Origin: Eukaryota sp. GEM-RC1
Taxonomy: Eukaryota
NCBI GenBank assembly: GCA_040285855.1
Contig: JAUFOQ010000010.1
Span: 682,001 to 746,000 of the forward strand
Direction: 5' to 3'
Length of the DNA stretch: 64,000 nucleotides
The translations under genes were made by a program, and so were the position numbers. A model generated the notes under the pieces. The model had not been told where the DNA came from and did not search any database. It saw only the letters and a program-made list of their open reading frames with translations. Shown here in pieces: positions 1 through 12,605 of this stretch (positions are counted from its first letter, which is position 1; each line of letters begins with the position of its first letter).

Positions 1-2046
1 GTGTCAAAGTCTTTACGATTTGATTGTTTCCGGACATGAATTGCCCAATAACTAAATTCATGGATGAACTTAATTATGTCCTCGCGACTCTCGGATTTGA
101 GGCAGCTGGGTCTTGATTTCTTTGAAATGGACTTTTTCTTTGTTCGATCTTTTCTTTGAGGGACACCAGACAAAATGATGGGAGTATCAGCCAAAACGTT
201 AGGTTCTTCGTCTTCAGATGAGCTATCTTCAGACATAGAGTCAGTGACATCAGAAAGTTCTGCCAAAGGTGATTTTGATTGAGAAGTTAGATCACTTATC
301 TCGATCGAATTTGATCGTTTAGGAGTTTTTCTACTTCTGGTCATGTGAGCAACATGATTTTTTCTATTTTGAGCAAGCTGTTCTGAGGAGAGAGCCATGG
401 ACATAGATTCATCACAACCTTTAGCAAAGCCTTCTGGCTTACGATAAACACTTTCATGTTCTTCTAAGCTGATGAATCTTTCTTCACCACCAAATTGAGC
501 TTCAAAATTTTGGGTAGAGATACCATCTCTAAGACCGTGTGTAAATCTATCAACCTGCTCAGGTCTGTAAACTTCACCAGGGAAGAATCTTTGAACACTA
601 TCTAAGCCATTTAAATCAGAAAGGTTCGGAGCAAATGTAGCTTTTTCACACATAGCTTGAGAAGCTAATGGGAGTACCAATTGGGAACCACCAATTCCAG
701 AAAAAGGTTGAACAGGGACAGAGTCAACATCTTGTGGTGAAGTTGACAAACTATCCAGAACTCTTGTCGCCGCAGGTAAATGACTATACTGATGACCAGT
801 AGGGAGCCATTCGGTACTTACAGAAACGTTGTGATATAACTTGCGTTTATTGTTCAACGAATGTAAGTACCAGGCGGAGTATTCATATGAAACTGACTGA
901 CCATCAGCACTGAATATCTGGACTAAAGGTTCAATGATGATACCATGTCTAGGATCCCAAGAGTAGGTGGAAGGAAACCTATAAGTATCACCAGCTCTAC
1001 TATCATATAAGTCACCCAAAAACTGTTTTATGGCTTGAGGAGACGTGCCAGGAGGAACATTTTTCAGCAAGTAATGTCTTCCAGCAGGCATTCTATGACG
1101 CAAAGTGGGATGCCAGGGAGCAAATTTGGCAAGATGCCACAAGTCGTAGTCAGAGATGGAGACACTCTGATCGTACGGACTTACAAACGGGATGAGATCG
1201 TTGGGAACTGCATCTCTATGAGGTCTAGACACATAACCGGTTTGTTGTTCTACAGCTAGAGCTCTCTCAGTCATGGAAAGATTGGCTGTTTTTTGCTGTT
1301 GCTCCAGAAGCTGTCGTTTTGCTTCTTCTGCCCTGGTCTTATGCTGAGCTAGGACTGTTTGAAGTTGCCTAAGGCTCTCTTCAACCTCTCTAGACAGAGG
1401 AACTGAAGGATCAACGTTATCTTTATTTAATAAACTACTAACTAACAAGGAAGAATCAGAAACACGATGAGAGGGCAATGATGTTGGTGGAACTACAGAC
1501 GAAGTAGCATTACCCACAACATTGTCTCCCGGAGTACTAGTGGTATCTGAAGAGATAACGGGGACTCCGTATTTCTCCAGAACCTTCTTGATTCCAAGAG
1601 GATCTTCCTGTTCTGGTCCAATGGATGACTCCAAAGGACCAGGGTTGCCGCCAGACTCCGAAGAGCCCAAGGGTCTTATACCAGTCGTTTCGCCGGCTTC
1701 CGAAGAAGCCAAGGAACTTCCATCAACGTTTGAAGATGGGCTCTCGTGTGAGGAGAGACTCTCGGGTGAGGAGAGTTCGGACACAAAGTCCTCTTCATCT
1801 ACTGAGGATTCAGTAGGCACTTCGATCGGGGTGGCAGAGCTCTTCGATACTCTGGTGTTTTTGACAGACCTACTTGGCTGTCTGCGGTTAGTAACTCCTT
1901 TCTTAGGAGCAGCTGTAGTAAGATTCCTCTTTTTTACCATGAGGATAATAATTATTAATACCTAAAGGTGCAAAGGGGAAGGTAAAGGGTGTTTATAAAT
2001 CAAATTATACGTACTAGTAACACTTCACTAACACCTGTGGCTAACA
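1..2046 (-). mobile_element. 5' part of a Ty3/Gypsy LTR retrotransposon (second copy of the element at 37079-42560), cut by the window edge
   Basis: Near-identical reverse complement of 37079-39124 with a few substitutions. 91-bp LTR at 1956-2046; gag-like ORF starts at 1940 and runs off the left edge. Confidence 0.93.
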
Positions 2047-2059
2047 TATTGACAAGTGA

Positions 2060-2578
2060 ATGAGACTTATCACTCTCCTTTTTCTTATATTGACCATTGT
2101 TTGGGCTGGCTGTCGTTGTCCAAGTGGATGTAGCTTTCCTTACAGAGGTTCTCATGCTAATTGCTTCTGTTTCTGTCAGAGAACTGCTAAATCTCTTGAT
2201 GTTTCTCCTGGTGCTCGTTGTACCTTCGTTAATCACTTTTCACGTGGAAGTTGCAGTCTCTGCGACATCTACATCTCCAGTTCTTCAGATGATAGCTCAA
2301 GTGTTACTGAAGTCTTTGAACGTTCCTTATCAGATGCCATTCTTCCTATAGTTGACTCTAATGCTGATTTCATATTCCCTATAACCAGATGCAAATGCCC
2401 TAGTGGCTGTGACTGGCCTTACAGAGGAAGTCACAGTCAGTGCGCCAATTGGGCTCGTGAGCAGGCTCATCTCTTTGTCAATGAGCAGTTTACGATTAAG
2501 TATTACCCTTCTGGTCAATTCAGTCGTGGAGGTTGCTCTGTGTGTGGGAAAACTGATCCTTGTAAGGAGTTTAGATAG
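2060..2578 (+). CDS. Secreted cysteine-rich protein with an internally duplicated domain
   Basis: 172-aa ATG ORF with an N-terminal hydrophobic signal peptide (MRLITLLFLILTIVWAG). Two copies of CxCPSGCxxPYRGSHxxC...FSRGxCSxC are separated by a Ser/Asp linker. Confidence 0.8.
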   Translation: MRLITLLFLILTIVWAGCRCPSGCSFPYRGSHANCFCFCQRTAKSLDVSPGARCTFVNHFSRGSCSLCDIYISSSSDDSSSVTEVFERSLSDAILPIVDSNADFIFPITRCKCPSGCDWPYRGSHSQCANWAREQAHLFVNEQFTIKYYPSGQFSRGGCSVCGKTDPCKEFR

Positions 2579-3270
2579 ATTTTGTTGACTTCAATATTTG
2601 GTTGACCATAAAGTATTCCAATGTATGTACTGTACTCTTGCTTTTTTCCTGAACAGAACATAGTAAGTCGTCACGTCTTAACACATGTTTGAGGATTGTT
2701 TGATTGGTTCGTTGAAGGAGATTAATATGTTGCTGATTTTGCGTTATACATCGCCAATAAAGCACAAGACAGCCCCAGACACGACTTATGTGATAGTAGT
2801 GAGGCTGAATCACTACCACGTTTCTATCCCTGCTGGTATAAACAGCAGGGATAGAAACGGTTTTGTCAGCAACAAGAAACCAAGGGTGGATTATTTTTTC
2901 CTAAAATAAAGGATGCTGGCAAAAGTATAGTTGTGACAACAATGGAGCGGTAAAGCTTTGTTTGTAGTGTTGACAAATTATTTGACTCAATTGATTTTCA
3001 AGTCAAATCATTTTTTCTCATTTGACCCAAGTCAAATTGTTCGAATTGACTTGGAAATCGTAGACTTGAACTGTATTTTTTATTTGTACTTATATTAATA
3101 GGGAAACTGACTATATTGTGTTTTTAGTCAATGTTGTGTAAGTTGTCAGTTTAGTCAGCTAGAATTTCTTACTAAATTGGTGTTAACTAGGATAAGCAAG
3201 ATTGACGAAGTATCTTTATCAGCACAAGTCATTTCGCAAGTCAAGTCGCTTTGTTTGTGTTGAATCACTC

Positions 3271-4549
3271 ATGTCCAAGTTTATGTCAGTTACTACATAT
3301 TCCCACATTCATTCCTGCAAACACCGTCTTCTCCAGCCCATCAGGCTTCAATTCTCTTTGCTTGTACTTGTCAATTCTCACTTCCTCAATCGTATTTTCA
3401 AGTTCTCTCTTGAGGAAGACCTTTGGGATCCACATCTTCCCTTCCTTCTTTTAATAAAGAAACTTCCCTTCTTCTTTGAAAAACTTGGTTACGTGAGTCA
3501 ACGTTTCTTTGATTCTACTTATCCATCACTACAAGTGTTATTGGAAACACACACGTTTCCGATTGCTTCTGAACAACTTTCTCAGCTACTTTCACTTGCT
3601 TCGTTCTTTGGTGCAAATGTTCGATCTCTTTTCTTACACGTGGACCGCTGTTTCGACCCTGAAGCTCTTTTCTCATCACGTCACGTGATTTCAGGATTAA
3701 AGTTGAATATTGAGCTTACTTCAGACTTTAACTTTTTGAACTTCTCTTCTCCTTTCTTCTTTCCACAACTTAAACGTCTGGACCTCTTTGTTGGGCAAGA
3801 CAGTGATTTTGATACAGATTCTGATCACCAAATCATTGTATTGAGTGAATCACTGTTGTTTAATACTACTATTACTGACATTAATCTCAGTAGAAACTTC
3901 ATTGGTCCTAAAGGTGCAGTAGCTTTAGGTTCATGGTTAAGATTAAATACTACAGTTATTAGAATTCATTTAGGGTGGAATTATATTTGAGTTGAAGGGG
4001 CAATTGCATTAGCTGGAAGCATTGAAAGTTAATTCTTCTCTATGTGAACTTAATCTAGAACTTGCTGGTGTTGAGGCTGAAGGTGCAATTGCATTGGCTG
4101 AAGCATTGAAAGTTAATTGTTCAATTACTAAAATTAAGCTTCGAAGTAATTCTATTGGTTCTAAGGGTGGTATCGCAATAGCTAATTCTTTGAAAATGAA
4201 TTCTACTGTTACTGAAATATCTCTTAATCATAATTCTATTGATGACGTTTGTATGATTGCTCTTGCCGAAATGTTAAAAGTCAATTCAACTCTTATTGAA
4301 ATAGATCTTCGGAATAACTCTATTGGAAATGAAGGAGCTATAGCTTTGGCTCATGGATTGAAATTGAATTCTACTTTGACTAAAGTCAATCTATGGGGAA
4401 ATTCGATTGTTACTGAAGGAGCTATGCAATTAGCTTATAGCATTCAGTACAATTCCGCAATTATTGGTATTAATTTAGTCAAAAACTCTATTGATAAGGA
4501 AAACATTCAATTAATCAGAACTATTTCAAATGATCGTATTAAGTGTTGA
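3271..4549 (+). pseudogene. RI-like (NLRC3-type) LRR gene, disrupted
   Basis: N-terminal domain resembles that of 7841-9034, followed by 28-aa LRRs. In-frame TGA at 3988-3990 where Gly is expected, plus a frameshift near 4015. Confidence 0.75.
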
Positions 4550-6134
4550 ACGACTTTTTCTATTTCATACACGTTTTCTTTGGAAATAACTCTTTTCAAG
4601 GTCAATTTTTACATTTCAGGACTAATTTTAAAATTTGCAATGTTGGCTTCCTCCTCCTCATATGATTTCGTATATGCTACTCAACTAGAAGGATTTTGTC
4701 CCGCTAATTAATAATTGTTTATTCATGAGCCTGTTCTGTAGAGAAAGTAATGTTCTTTACAAATTTCAAAATTTATCAATATTTTAATTGTTTATCTTTG
4801 AATTCATTTTTATCCCTAACAATGTTTTGCTGCATTGTGAACATAACAATCAAGTACTTTTGCAGTACATACAAAACACTTACTACAACCACATCGTTCA
4901 TATGGTGTTCTATTGACAAAGGTCTATCCCTTGTATTCACTTTGATCTTGACATGGTAATTCTGCTATTACAATGTCTCGTATTGCTTCTCTTTTTAATC
5001 GAAAACGTTCAAGATTAGTTGAAGTGTTCATTTATTTAGGACAAGTCAGAAGCACTTTTACCGTATTCTGATGTGCTTGTCCCGCTACTATGTTTCTGAA
5101 GTTCAACCTCTACTGGTGAGGTTGTAACAACTCTATATTCATATCTGTTCAAAGCATATGAGGATAATGTATTCAGAGTACAACAAGTTACCTTGGGCGA
5201 ATCAATCAAGCCACCAATCGCTAACCCAAAAGTAGGACGTCCAAAGGTTAAGAGACCCGGGCGGGGAAACGGTAGAAGAAACGGACGGAAGACAATGACG
5301 TGGCAACGTACAGTCACAATAACAGTTGATGACAGGAAGAAGAAGAGTTCTCTGTAAGAGTTGTTGTACACGAGGAACCTCAATTGTCAAGAATGTCTCT
5401 GTCAAGAAGACCACTACTACTTCCACTTTTGAGAAAGGCAGGCGGGTCACAAGACTTTGACGGCTCTTCGGCTTGGATCATATTAACTTTCTTTTCTGGG
5501 CAATCTGAGAAGTAAATCATCAGAAGTGAAACAAATAGTGGCTGATGATGAGTACCAGATGCATGTTAGGGAATTTATTGACTTTTTAGTCAGGTGACGA
5601 TGCTGACTTTGGATCACCCACTGTGTATTCTCTGCGTGCGTTTAGTGTGTTGTTGATTTGAGTATACAACTCTAATAGGCGTTCCATGACCAAATTTGAA
5701 AGCTGTATTAATTTTATTACACTAATTACTTGCTACTTTCCAGACTTCTCCATTTTGAGACACTTAAATGGCAACATGTCAAATTGTACCTGCTTTTTCT
5801 TTGGTTGCTGGACAAATATCAACATTATTGATGTCATCTAACGCAACTTGACGTCACGTCGACTTGAAATCACCAAGTTATGATGCATAGTGACACGTGG
5901 CACCCAAAAAGTGGTCATTTCTTAAGCCTCGTGGGGGGGGCTAAGCACGTGTGTCATTGTCATCAACATCCCCGAATATTTCTTACGTTAGTCAATCTTA
6001 AGTAAAGTTTTTGTAGAACAAACAAATTAAAACCAATATATTATCACCACAACTATAACTTCAATCTGTTCCACAACCGCCGATATAGTTGGCCCTGTAT
6101 AATGTCATCATTTAGACTGCTTTAAACGCTTTGA

Positions 6135-6270
6135 AGTATCCACTAAATCTGATTGTGAAACAGGTTGTTCAGCAGGACCTGAAGTGGCCTGGATACAAAA
6201 GCAATCCCGTGCAGTTTTAGCTAATGATGGAAATCTCCGTAAATTGACCTTTCAGTAGTCAATAGATCAG
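6135..6270 (-). mobile_element. Remnant of hAT transposase C-terminal dimerisation domain
   Basis: Minus-strand translation gives RFPSLAKTARDCFCIQATSGPAEQ, matching the hAT dimerisation motif pattern; contains a stop. Confidence 0.55.
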
Positions 6271-6929
6271 GAATTAGAAGGTCTTTCTTGTAGGGAGTTA
6301 TCTAGTTCATCAATTTTCTCTAAAGGTACGAAATTATCTGTTTCTGATAAGTCGGCACACTCGTCAAGTTCGCTGGATCCTGGATCTACCTCTGACTTCT
6401 TCAAAAAGAGATAGTCCTTATTGACTACAATGTGATTCGTTTTAACCTAGGGTCAAGAACTGATGTGAGAAATGTTGGAAAATTAACTATGAATGGAACA
6501 AATGAGTTGAGTTGTAAATGAATAGCTTCAATCATCGGGTGAATGGTATCATCCAGATAAACCATGGATGATACCATGCATCGTATCGGTTGGTGACACC
6601 AACCGGGATTATTTACCTTAGTAACACTAAGACGTTTAGCAAGATGGAAGTCTTCCAAGTCATGTAAAACACAATTTTGCAATTTTACAACAGATAAATG
6701 TAGAAACTCGATTGATCTATCAGGAATAGAAGAGATTGACTTAGGAAAACACTTGTTCCAAATGTCAAACGGAATTCGAAAGGAAATTTTTGAAACCTCC
6801 AAGATATGCACTTCGACACAAATATTCCGCTCTAGAAAATCCAACACCACCAAAAGAAGCAGAAAAGAATGCATGATAATGAAGTTTGGTTCAATTTTGT
6901 TTACAAGATTGCTCAAAAATTTAGTTCTA

Positions 6930-7660
6930 CTTCATTGAATTTTTGAGCTACTTCCTTGAAATATCAGGAGGTATAGATGACAAAAAATGATTAATCTTTG
7001 AACTATAACAAACTGAAAGCATCGAAAAAGCATCGAAATGTTTTTCAGTTTTTAAATCTTGAATTGATTGTAACTGGGATTGAAGCTTATTCAAAGAATT
7101 ATACAAACTATCTAAAATTTTACCTCGGTTTCCAAAGTAGGAACCGAAAAATTTGATAAACTCAACAGAATAGTTAATGAACTGTATAACTTCAGTACCA
7201 TATATAATTTTAGCATTTTCTCATCCGATCAAGAAACACTTAGTCAATTTGATCTCCAAACCAGTAGATTTGGAAAGCTCAAGAAAATCATCAAGACTCG
7301 ATTGTAAAACACCCATAGGTCCAATCAATGAAGAATCATTAACATAGGTGCAAAATCCACCTCAGGGTGTTTCTCTTTAAATTTGATATAAACTGATTGT
7401 AATGTGAGACAAAAGAAAAAAGGACCAAGTGGATCACCTTGTTTAACACCTCTAGTTGACTTGATGAGGTATGAATTAAACACTAAATCAGAAGAAACAC
7501 CATACATTAAACGAAAATACAATTGTGGAAAATGAACTTCTAATTGTTCGTATATACTTCAACGAAAAATTGAATTAAATACATTCTTATAATCAATATT
7601 CTACAAGTAATTAGTGTTACTCTGATTAAACAATAAATCTGCTGAAAGTGCCGCACAAGT
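6930..7660 (-). mobile_element. Decayed non-LTR (RLE/CRE-like) reverse transcriptase fragment
   Basis: Motif STRGVKQGDPLGPFFFCL; homologous to 44816-46062; multiple frameshifts. Confidence 0.75.
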
Positions 7661-7840
7661 TGTAATAAACAAAAATACAATCGATGTACATAGATGTAGG
7701 TGTAGTTGTACTACGATTTCCGTATCAGCCTTTGACAAACACCATCTGCAATCCCGCCACAACAATCACTTGGTTCATGGACACATAGACGAATTGTTGG
7801 TTCAGCACAATTTCCCCATACCTCTTCTACTTCATAGAAC

Positions 7841-9034
7841 ATGAACATGTCACACCCTCTTATCAATTCTTTAGACCATTATCATCCAGATAATGTAACT
7901 TCTCTTTCTGCTATCTCATCCTCCAAACCTAGTTCTAATGCTTCATCCTCTTCTTGTTTCGTTGTCCGTTCTCCTTCCCGCCCCATGTATTTTCAACAAA
8001 CACTGCTCACCTTGGTAGATGTTCACTTATTGAATCATTTGTTAGCGTCTTCTCTTGAATGGAAACGTGATGAACCTCGTCGCTCTATTACCTATATGAT
8101 GAATGATGTTCTTACTTTCTTCAAGAAAGTTGGCTATGTAAGCGACCGCTTCTTTGAATCTGCTCTTCTGGCAACCAATGTGTTTCTTCAAACAAACACG
8201 TTTCATGTAACACCTCAAGATCTTCCTCAAATCTGTTCATTTCCTTCTCTCTTTGGAGCAGAAGTACGATCTGTTTTCTTACACGTAGACGGGACTTTTA
8301 AAGTTGAAGAGATGCTTAGTTATTCTTCTATAATTTCAGGATTGGAATTGACAGTAGGTAATCCCAATGACTTGGAGTTTTTTAACAAGTCTTCGCTCTT
8401 CTTTCCAAATCTTAAAGAACTTCACATTGATGGTGTTCTTTATCTTGTGTTTATGTCATTGATGGAATCGTTGAAAGTTAATGATACAGTGACAAGTATT
8501 AATCTGAGTGGTAACTATTACCATGATGAACTTATCATTGCATTGGCAGATATGTTGAAAGTGAATGCTAGATTAGCAATTGTTAATTTGTCGGGAAATA
8601 ATGTAGGATGTGAAGGTATCAGAGCATTGGCAGAAGCGTTAAAGGTTAATACTTCAGTTACAAGTGTTGATCTTAGTGCCAACTCTATTGAAGATGAAAG
8701 TGTTAGAGATTTGGCAGAGATGTTGAAAGTGAATGCCAGAGTTACAAATGTTAATTTGTCTGAAAATAATATACGTAATCAAGGTATTACAGCATTGGCA
8801 GAAGCGTTAAAGGTTAATACCACGGTTACAAGTGTTGATCTTAGTATCAATTTTATTGAAGATGAAGGCGCTAGAGCTTTATCAGATATGTTAAAAGTTA
8901 ATACTACAGTTACAAGTGTTGATGTGAGTTTCAACTCTATTGGAGATGAAGGTGCTAGAGCTTTAGCAGAGATGTTAAAAGTAAATCGAAAAGTTAAAAT
9001 AGTAGAAGTGAATCTATTGAATCTCTATTCATAA
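7841..9034 (+). CDS. RI-like LRR protein with lineage-specific N-terminal domain
   Basis: Intact 397-aa ORF with about six LKVNxxVTxVxLxxNxIxxEG repeats; paralogue of 3271-4549. Confidence 0.85.
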   Translation: MNMSHPLINSLDHYHPDNVTSLSAISSSKPSSNASSSSCFVVRSPSRPMYFQQTLLTLVDVHLLNHLLASSLEWKRDEPRRSITYMMNDVLTFFKKVGYVSDRFFESALLATNVFLQTNTFHVTPQDLPQICSFPSLFGAEVRSVFLHVDGTFKVEEMLSYSSIISGLELTVGNPNDLEFFNKSSLFFPNLKELHIDGVLYLVFMSLMESLKVNDTVTSINLSGNYYHDELIIALADMLKVNARLAIVNLSGNNVGCEGIRALAEALKVNTSVTSVDLSANSIEDESVRDLAEMLKVNARVTNVNLSENNIRNQGITALAEALKVNTTVTSVDLSINFIEDEGARALSDMLKVNTTVTSVDVSFNSIGDEGARALAEMLKVNRKVKIVEVNLLNLYS

Positions 9035-9598
9035 GGTTTTCTACACATGTATTTCAATAGTTTAGCTTCTGTATTTCAAAACTTAATGTCTGAAGTGTAG
9101 AGCTGTCAACGACTTGAACCATATCACTTGATTCGGAAAATTTCAAACCAACTTGAATTTGACTGTGTCATTTGATTAAGTCATGTCGATTCTTTTTGAG
9201 CACAACAACCTTGTTTAATCTTAAAAAAGTTCTTTTTTCAGAAACTAGTCAAAAACTACTCTTCAAATAGTACAAATGTCAAGTTGAGCACAACTAGTTT
9301 AGCGTTTTCGTCATTAAAGCAATCAAGTCATTGATAAAATAATTTACAAACACTAACGAAGTAATTGCAAGATGTCGTTTTGCTTCTAATGTAAACATCA
9401 ATGGAAGAACCTCCTACACAGGAAGAGCACATTGAAGTGATCATGTATTATGTATGCTAGATAGATTCTTAACTAAAGTTGACTTCAATATTTTGTCCTC
9501 AAAGTTTTCCAATTAACACAGTTGTGCAATGTCAAACAGACGCCGTTTTGGTTTCAAAAACGGAAATGCGTTTTGTACAACACTAAAACTTTTCAGTC

Positions 9599-10990
9599 AT
9601 GTCCTCATCAGACAAACTTCTCTCTTTCCTTTCTGAAGCCAAGAGTACCTACCATTGTATAGCATCTGCACGATCTCGACTTCTTGAAGCACAATTCAAA
9701 GAAATCTCTTTATCCGCCAATGTTTGGGATCTCCAACCAGGGAACAAGTACTTCTTCACTTCCAATCAAACCACCCTCTTTGCTTTCATCGTTGGATCTT
9801 CCTTCGATACCACCACGAGCAAGATCTCGATCATTGGTTCTCACTCCGATTCACCCACTCTAAAGATCCGATCTAAAAACAACTTACCCAATAAGTCCTC
9901 TGGTTCTGTTTGCCTTGACTTTAGTACTTATGGTGGTGGTCTCTGGTCTACTTTCTTTGATCGTGATCTAACTGTAGCTGGACGAGTATTGTACAAGAAG
10001 AGTGATGACTCCGTTGCTACTAAACTTGTACATATCCAAAAGCCTCTGCTCTTCATTCCTTCACTAGCTATTCATCTTCGAAAAAACAAAAGCGAGGGCC
10101 AACAACTTGACCTAGACAAGGACCTTAAGCCAGTGTTCTATCTAGATCATGAGGAGAAGAAAGAAGAAACAAAAGAAGGACGAAGGCAAAAGGAAGATAA
10201 CTTTCTTGTCTCTTCAACTTCAAACTCAATTCTTCTCCAAGAACTTTCCTCTTTAATTGATGTAGAACCTTCATCCATCCTTCACTTAGATCTTGAACTG
10301 GCTGACACTCAACCTCCATCAATTCTTGGTCCACGTGGAGACTTCGTCCTTGGTCAAGGTCTAGATAACAAAGTCTCTGCCTTCTGTTCCCTTGAAGCCC
10401 TACTATCTCTATCTACCACTGATTTCTCTTCCATCAAGAGTCTTGTGATCTTTGACCATGAAGAAGTTGGAAGTTGCTCTAACGTTGGTGCCAAGAGTAA
10501 CTTCACTTCATATGCATGTGAACGTATCTTTTCATCTCTAAACAATTCCTCTTCAGTTGGAGTTGAAGGTTTCATTAACAGATCCTTCATCATTTCTGCT
10601 GACGGTGCACATGCTATCCACCCTGCTCATTCTGATAGATCTGACTCTCAACATCAATGTAAGCTTGGAAAGGGGGTTTGTATTAAGACATCAGCCAAAG
10701 TAAAGTATATGACAAACCTATCACCTTTGTCTCTTGTAATGAAAGTGTCTCAGAACAATGGAATTCCTTTACAATGGTTCACTGGTAAGGAAAGTGTTCC
10801 TGGTGGTAGTACTATTGGACCTCATATATCCAGTCATTCTACCATGCAAGTACTTGACTTGGGATTAGGAATGTGGGGTATGCACTCTATTAGGGAGACT
10901 TGCTCAGTGGTTGATGTTGAGTGGCTGGTGAAGTTGTTGACTGGTGTGTATATGAGTGAAGATGATGCTGTTGTTGAAGAGATTTGGTAG
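9599..10990 (+). CDS. Aspartyl aminopeptidase (peptidase family M18)
   Basis: 463-aa ORF with M18 motifs SHSDSP, YGGGLWSTFFDRDL, LAIHL, LDN, DHEEVGS, SADGAHAIHP, GGSTIGP and MHSIRE. Confidence 0.93.
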   Translation: MSSSDKLLSFLSEAKSTYHCIASARSRLLEAQFKEISLSANVWDLQPGNKYFFTSNQTTLFAFIVGSSFDTTTSKISIIGSHSDSPTLKIRSKNNLPNKSSGSVCLDFSTYGGGLWSTFFDRDLTVAGRVLYKKSDDSVATKLVHIQKPLLFIPSLAIHLRKNKSEGQQLDLDKDLKPVFYLDHEEKKEETKEGRRQKEDNFLVSSTSNSILLQELSSLIDVEPSSILHLDLELADTQPPSILGPRGDFVLGQGLDNKVSAFCSLEALLSLSTTDFSSIKSLVIFDHEEVGSCSNVGAKSNFTSYACERIFSSLNNSSSVGVEGFINRSFIISADGAHAIHPAHSDRSDSQHQCKLGKGVCIKTSAKVKYMTNLSPLSLVMKVSQNNGIPLQWFTGKESVPGGSTIGPHISSHSTMQVLDLGLGMWGMHSIRETCSVVDVEWLVKLLTGVYMSEDDAVVEEIW

Positions 10991-11160
10991 GTTGTTTTGG
11001 AACTAATTTGAAATAAATCGAATTTTGTTCTACACTGAAAACAACATGTATTCTTCGTTTATCACAATATGTTTGTATTTGATAATTGAAGCAGTAATCG
11101 ACAAAAGTTTTTGTTGTTATCTACATTTAGTCATGAAAATAGTATTTGAAAACAACAATA

Positions 11161-11251
11161 CATTCTACCCTCTAATTAGTGACACCCCAGCGGCAGTCAC
11201 TATATCGAGGGTGTCACTATTCAGAAATGTCACTATTCAGAGGGTAGACTG
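11161..11251. mobile_element. 91-bp pogo/Tigger-type MITE
   Basis: Imperfect 23-bp TIRs (CATTCTACCCTCTAATTAGTGAC / GTCACTATTCAGAGGGTAGACTG) flanked by TA; termini shared with 17140-17998. Confidence 0.7.
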
Positions 11252-11519
11252 TACTGTATTCATGTACAAATTTGAGTTATTATAGTAGACATAACCAGCT
11301 ATTCTTGATAAAGATTGTCATTGCAGTCAAATTGGTAGTGTTATATATTGATGACGTGACCAACACTGTCTTATTCCACGCAATGAATAAAAAGATTACC
11401 TAAAACATTATTTTTGGCGATGTAAATATTTTGAATTACAAAGACTTTCAAACCGTAGCGAAAAACTAAACAACCTTTGATAGTCAGACTCTCGTATTTT
11501 ACTGACCATAACAGCCAAG

Positions 11520-12576
11520 TGTTAGTGAAGATAGCGACACCTAGTAGATATCTTCACATCTGATGACGTGTCACTTAGTCTTAAGGATTTCTTTATATAA
11601 TAAACTCTTTTTTCTTATCAACGTTGACCTTACGGCAACAATAATTATTGGCCTATGACTTTCTCATCTACTAACCCTAGAAAGTTCCGTGATCTTGCTT
11701 TCGTTGTCCCGCCAAAGCCTGCAACCTTCACAAGGAACGAGATTCAAACCTTCCTGGAGGAAGTTGATGTGTATACGTCTATTACAGACAAGAAGCATCA
11801 GGTAACCCTCCGGCTTATGCTGGATCCGGTTTTGCTCAGGTCGCTCCATCTCTCCGAGCCTGACCTTGAAGCTTCTGATGAGGCTCTCCTTGAGTATCTC
11901 AAACGGCAGGTACAATTCTCAACTTACGAGGAGTTCAACCAGACGATTTCTGGTTTGCGTATGGATGTACGCATTTGTGAACCTCGTGAGCGGATGAACC
12001 AGTATCTGCGCAGGTTTGTGAGAATTCGGGATCGAGCTGAATTTCTCAGCTTACCAGATAAGGTTCTGGTCAAGCGTTTTGCCAGAGGGATTTGTCCCAA
12101 AGGTCTGTCCAGTTCGTTGATTTCGCGTATTAACGATGAACTCATAACTTCACTCCCTGAAGCTATTTCCGTTGCATCTGATGAACTTCTTGATCTTTCA
12201 CGAGTTTCGTCGTGGTTAAAGAAAGACAGTTCTGTGCTCGGCTCTCTTCCAGCCGTGGAATCTCGTAACCAACAGCGTTGTAATGACAGAAAACGCAACA
12301 GTTGCTTTAAATGCCATAGGTCTGGCCACAAAGCCAATGAATGCTCTTATGCAACCAAAGTGGAGTCCGTCAACTCCATCATCGTAGATGAACCTAAACA
12401 TACTTTTGAAAATACCTGTTATACAAACCCTATAAAAAAAGCTGAGAAGGGGTAGTGTTAGTGAAGATAGCGATACCTAGTAGATATCTTCACATCTGAT
12501 GACGTGTCACTTAGTCTTAAGGATTTCTTTATACAATAAACTCTTCTTTCTTATCAACGTTGACCTTACGGCAACA
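11520..12576 (+). mobile_element. Gag-only miniature LTR retroelement (1057 bp)
   Basis: 121-bp LTRs (11520-11640 and 12456-12576; TG..CA; 3 mismatches), CAAG TSD, polypurine tract GAGAAGGGG before the 3' LTR; the interior is one gag ORF. Confidence 0.92.
11655..12455 (+). CDS. Retrotransposon Gag with CCHC zinc knuckle
   Basis: Intact 266-aa ORF containing CFKCHRSGHKANEC; its stop codon abuts the 3' LTR. Confidence 0.85.
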   Translation: MTFSSTNPRKFRDLAFVVPPKPATFTRNEIQTFLEEVDVYTSITDKKHQVTLRLMLDPVLLRSLHLSEPDLEASDEALLEYLKRQVQFSTYEEFNQTISGLRMDVRICEPRERMNQYLRRFVRIRDRAEFLSLPDKVLVKRFARGICPKGLSSSLISRINDELITSLPEAISVASDELLDLSRVSSWLKKDSSVLGSLPAVESRNQQRCNDRKRNSCFKCHRSGHKANECSYATKVESVNSIIVDEPKHTFENTCYTNPIKKAEKG

Positions 12577-12605
12577 CAAGATACTTACATTATCAATTTT
12601 TAGAA

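Noticed and set aside
1035..1965. Plus-strand ORFs 1035-1259, 1522-1965 and 1625-1816 (and their mirrors at 37160-38090)
   Set aside because: They are antisense shadows of the retrotransposon ORF1.
5036..5460. Short overlapping ORFs with an Arg/Gly-rich plus-strand stretch
   Set aside because: No start/stop structure or motif sufficient to call a gene.
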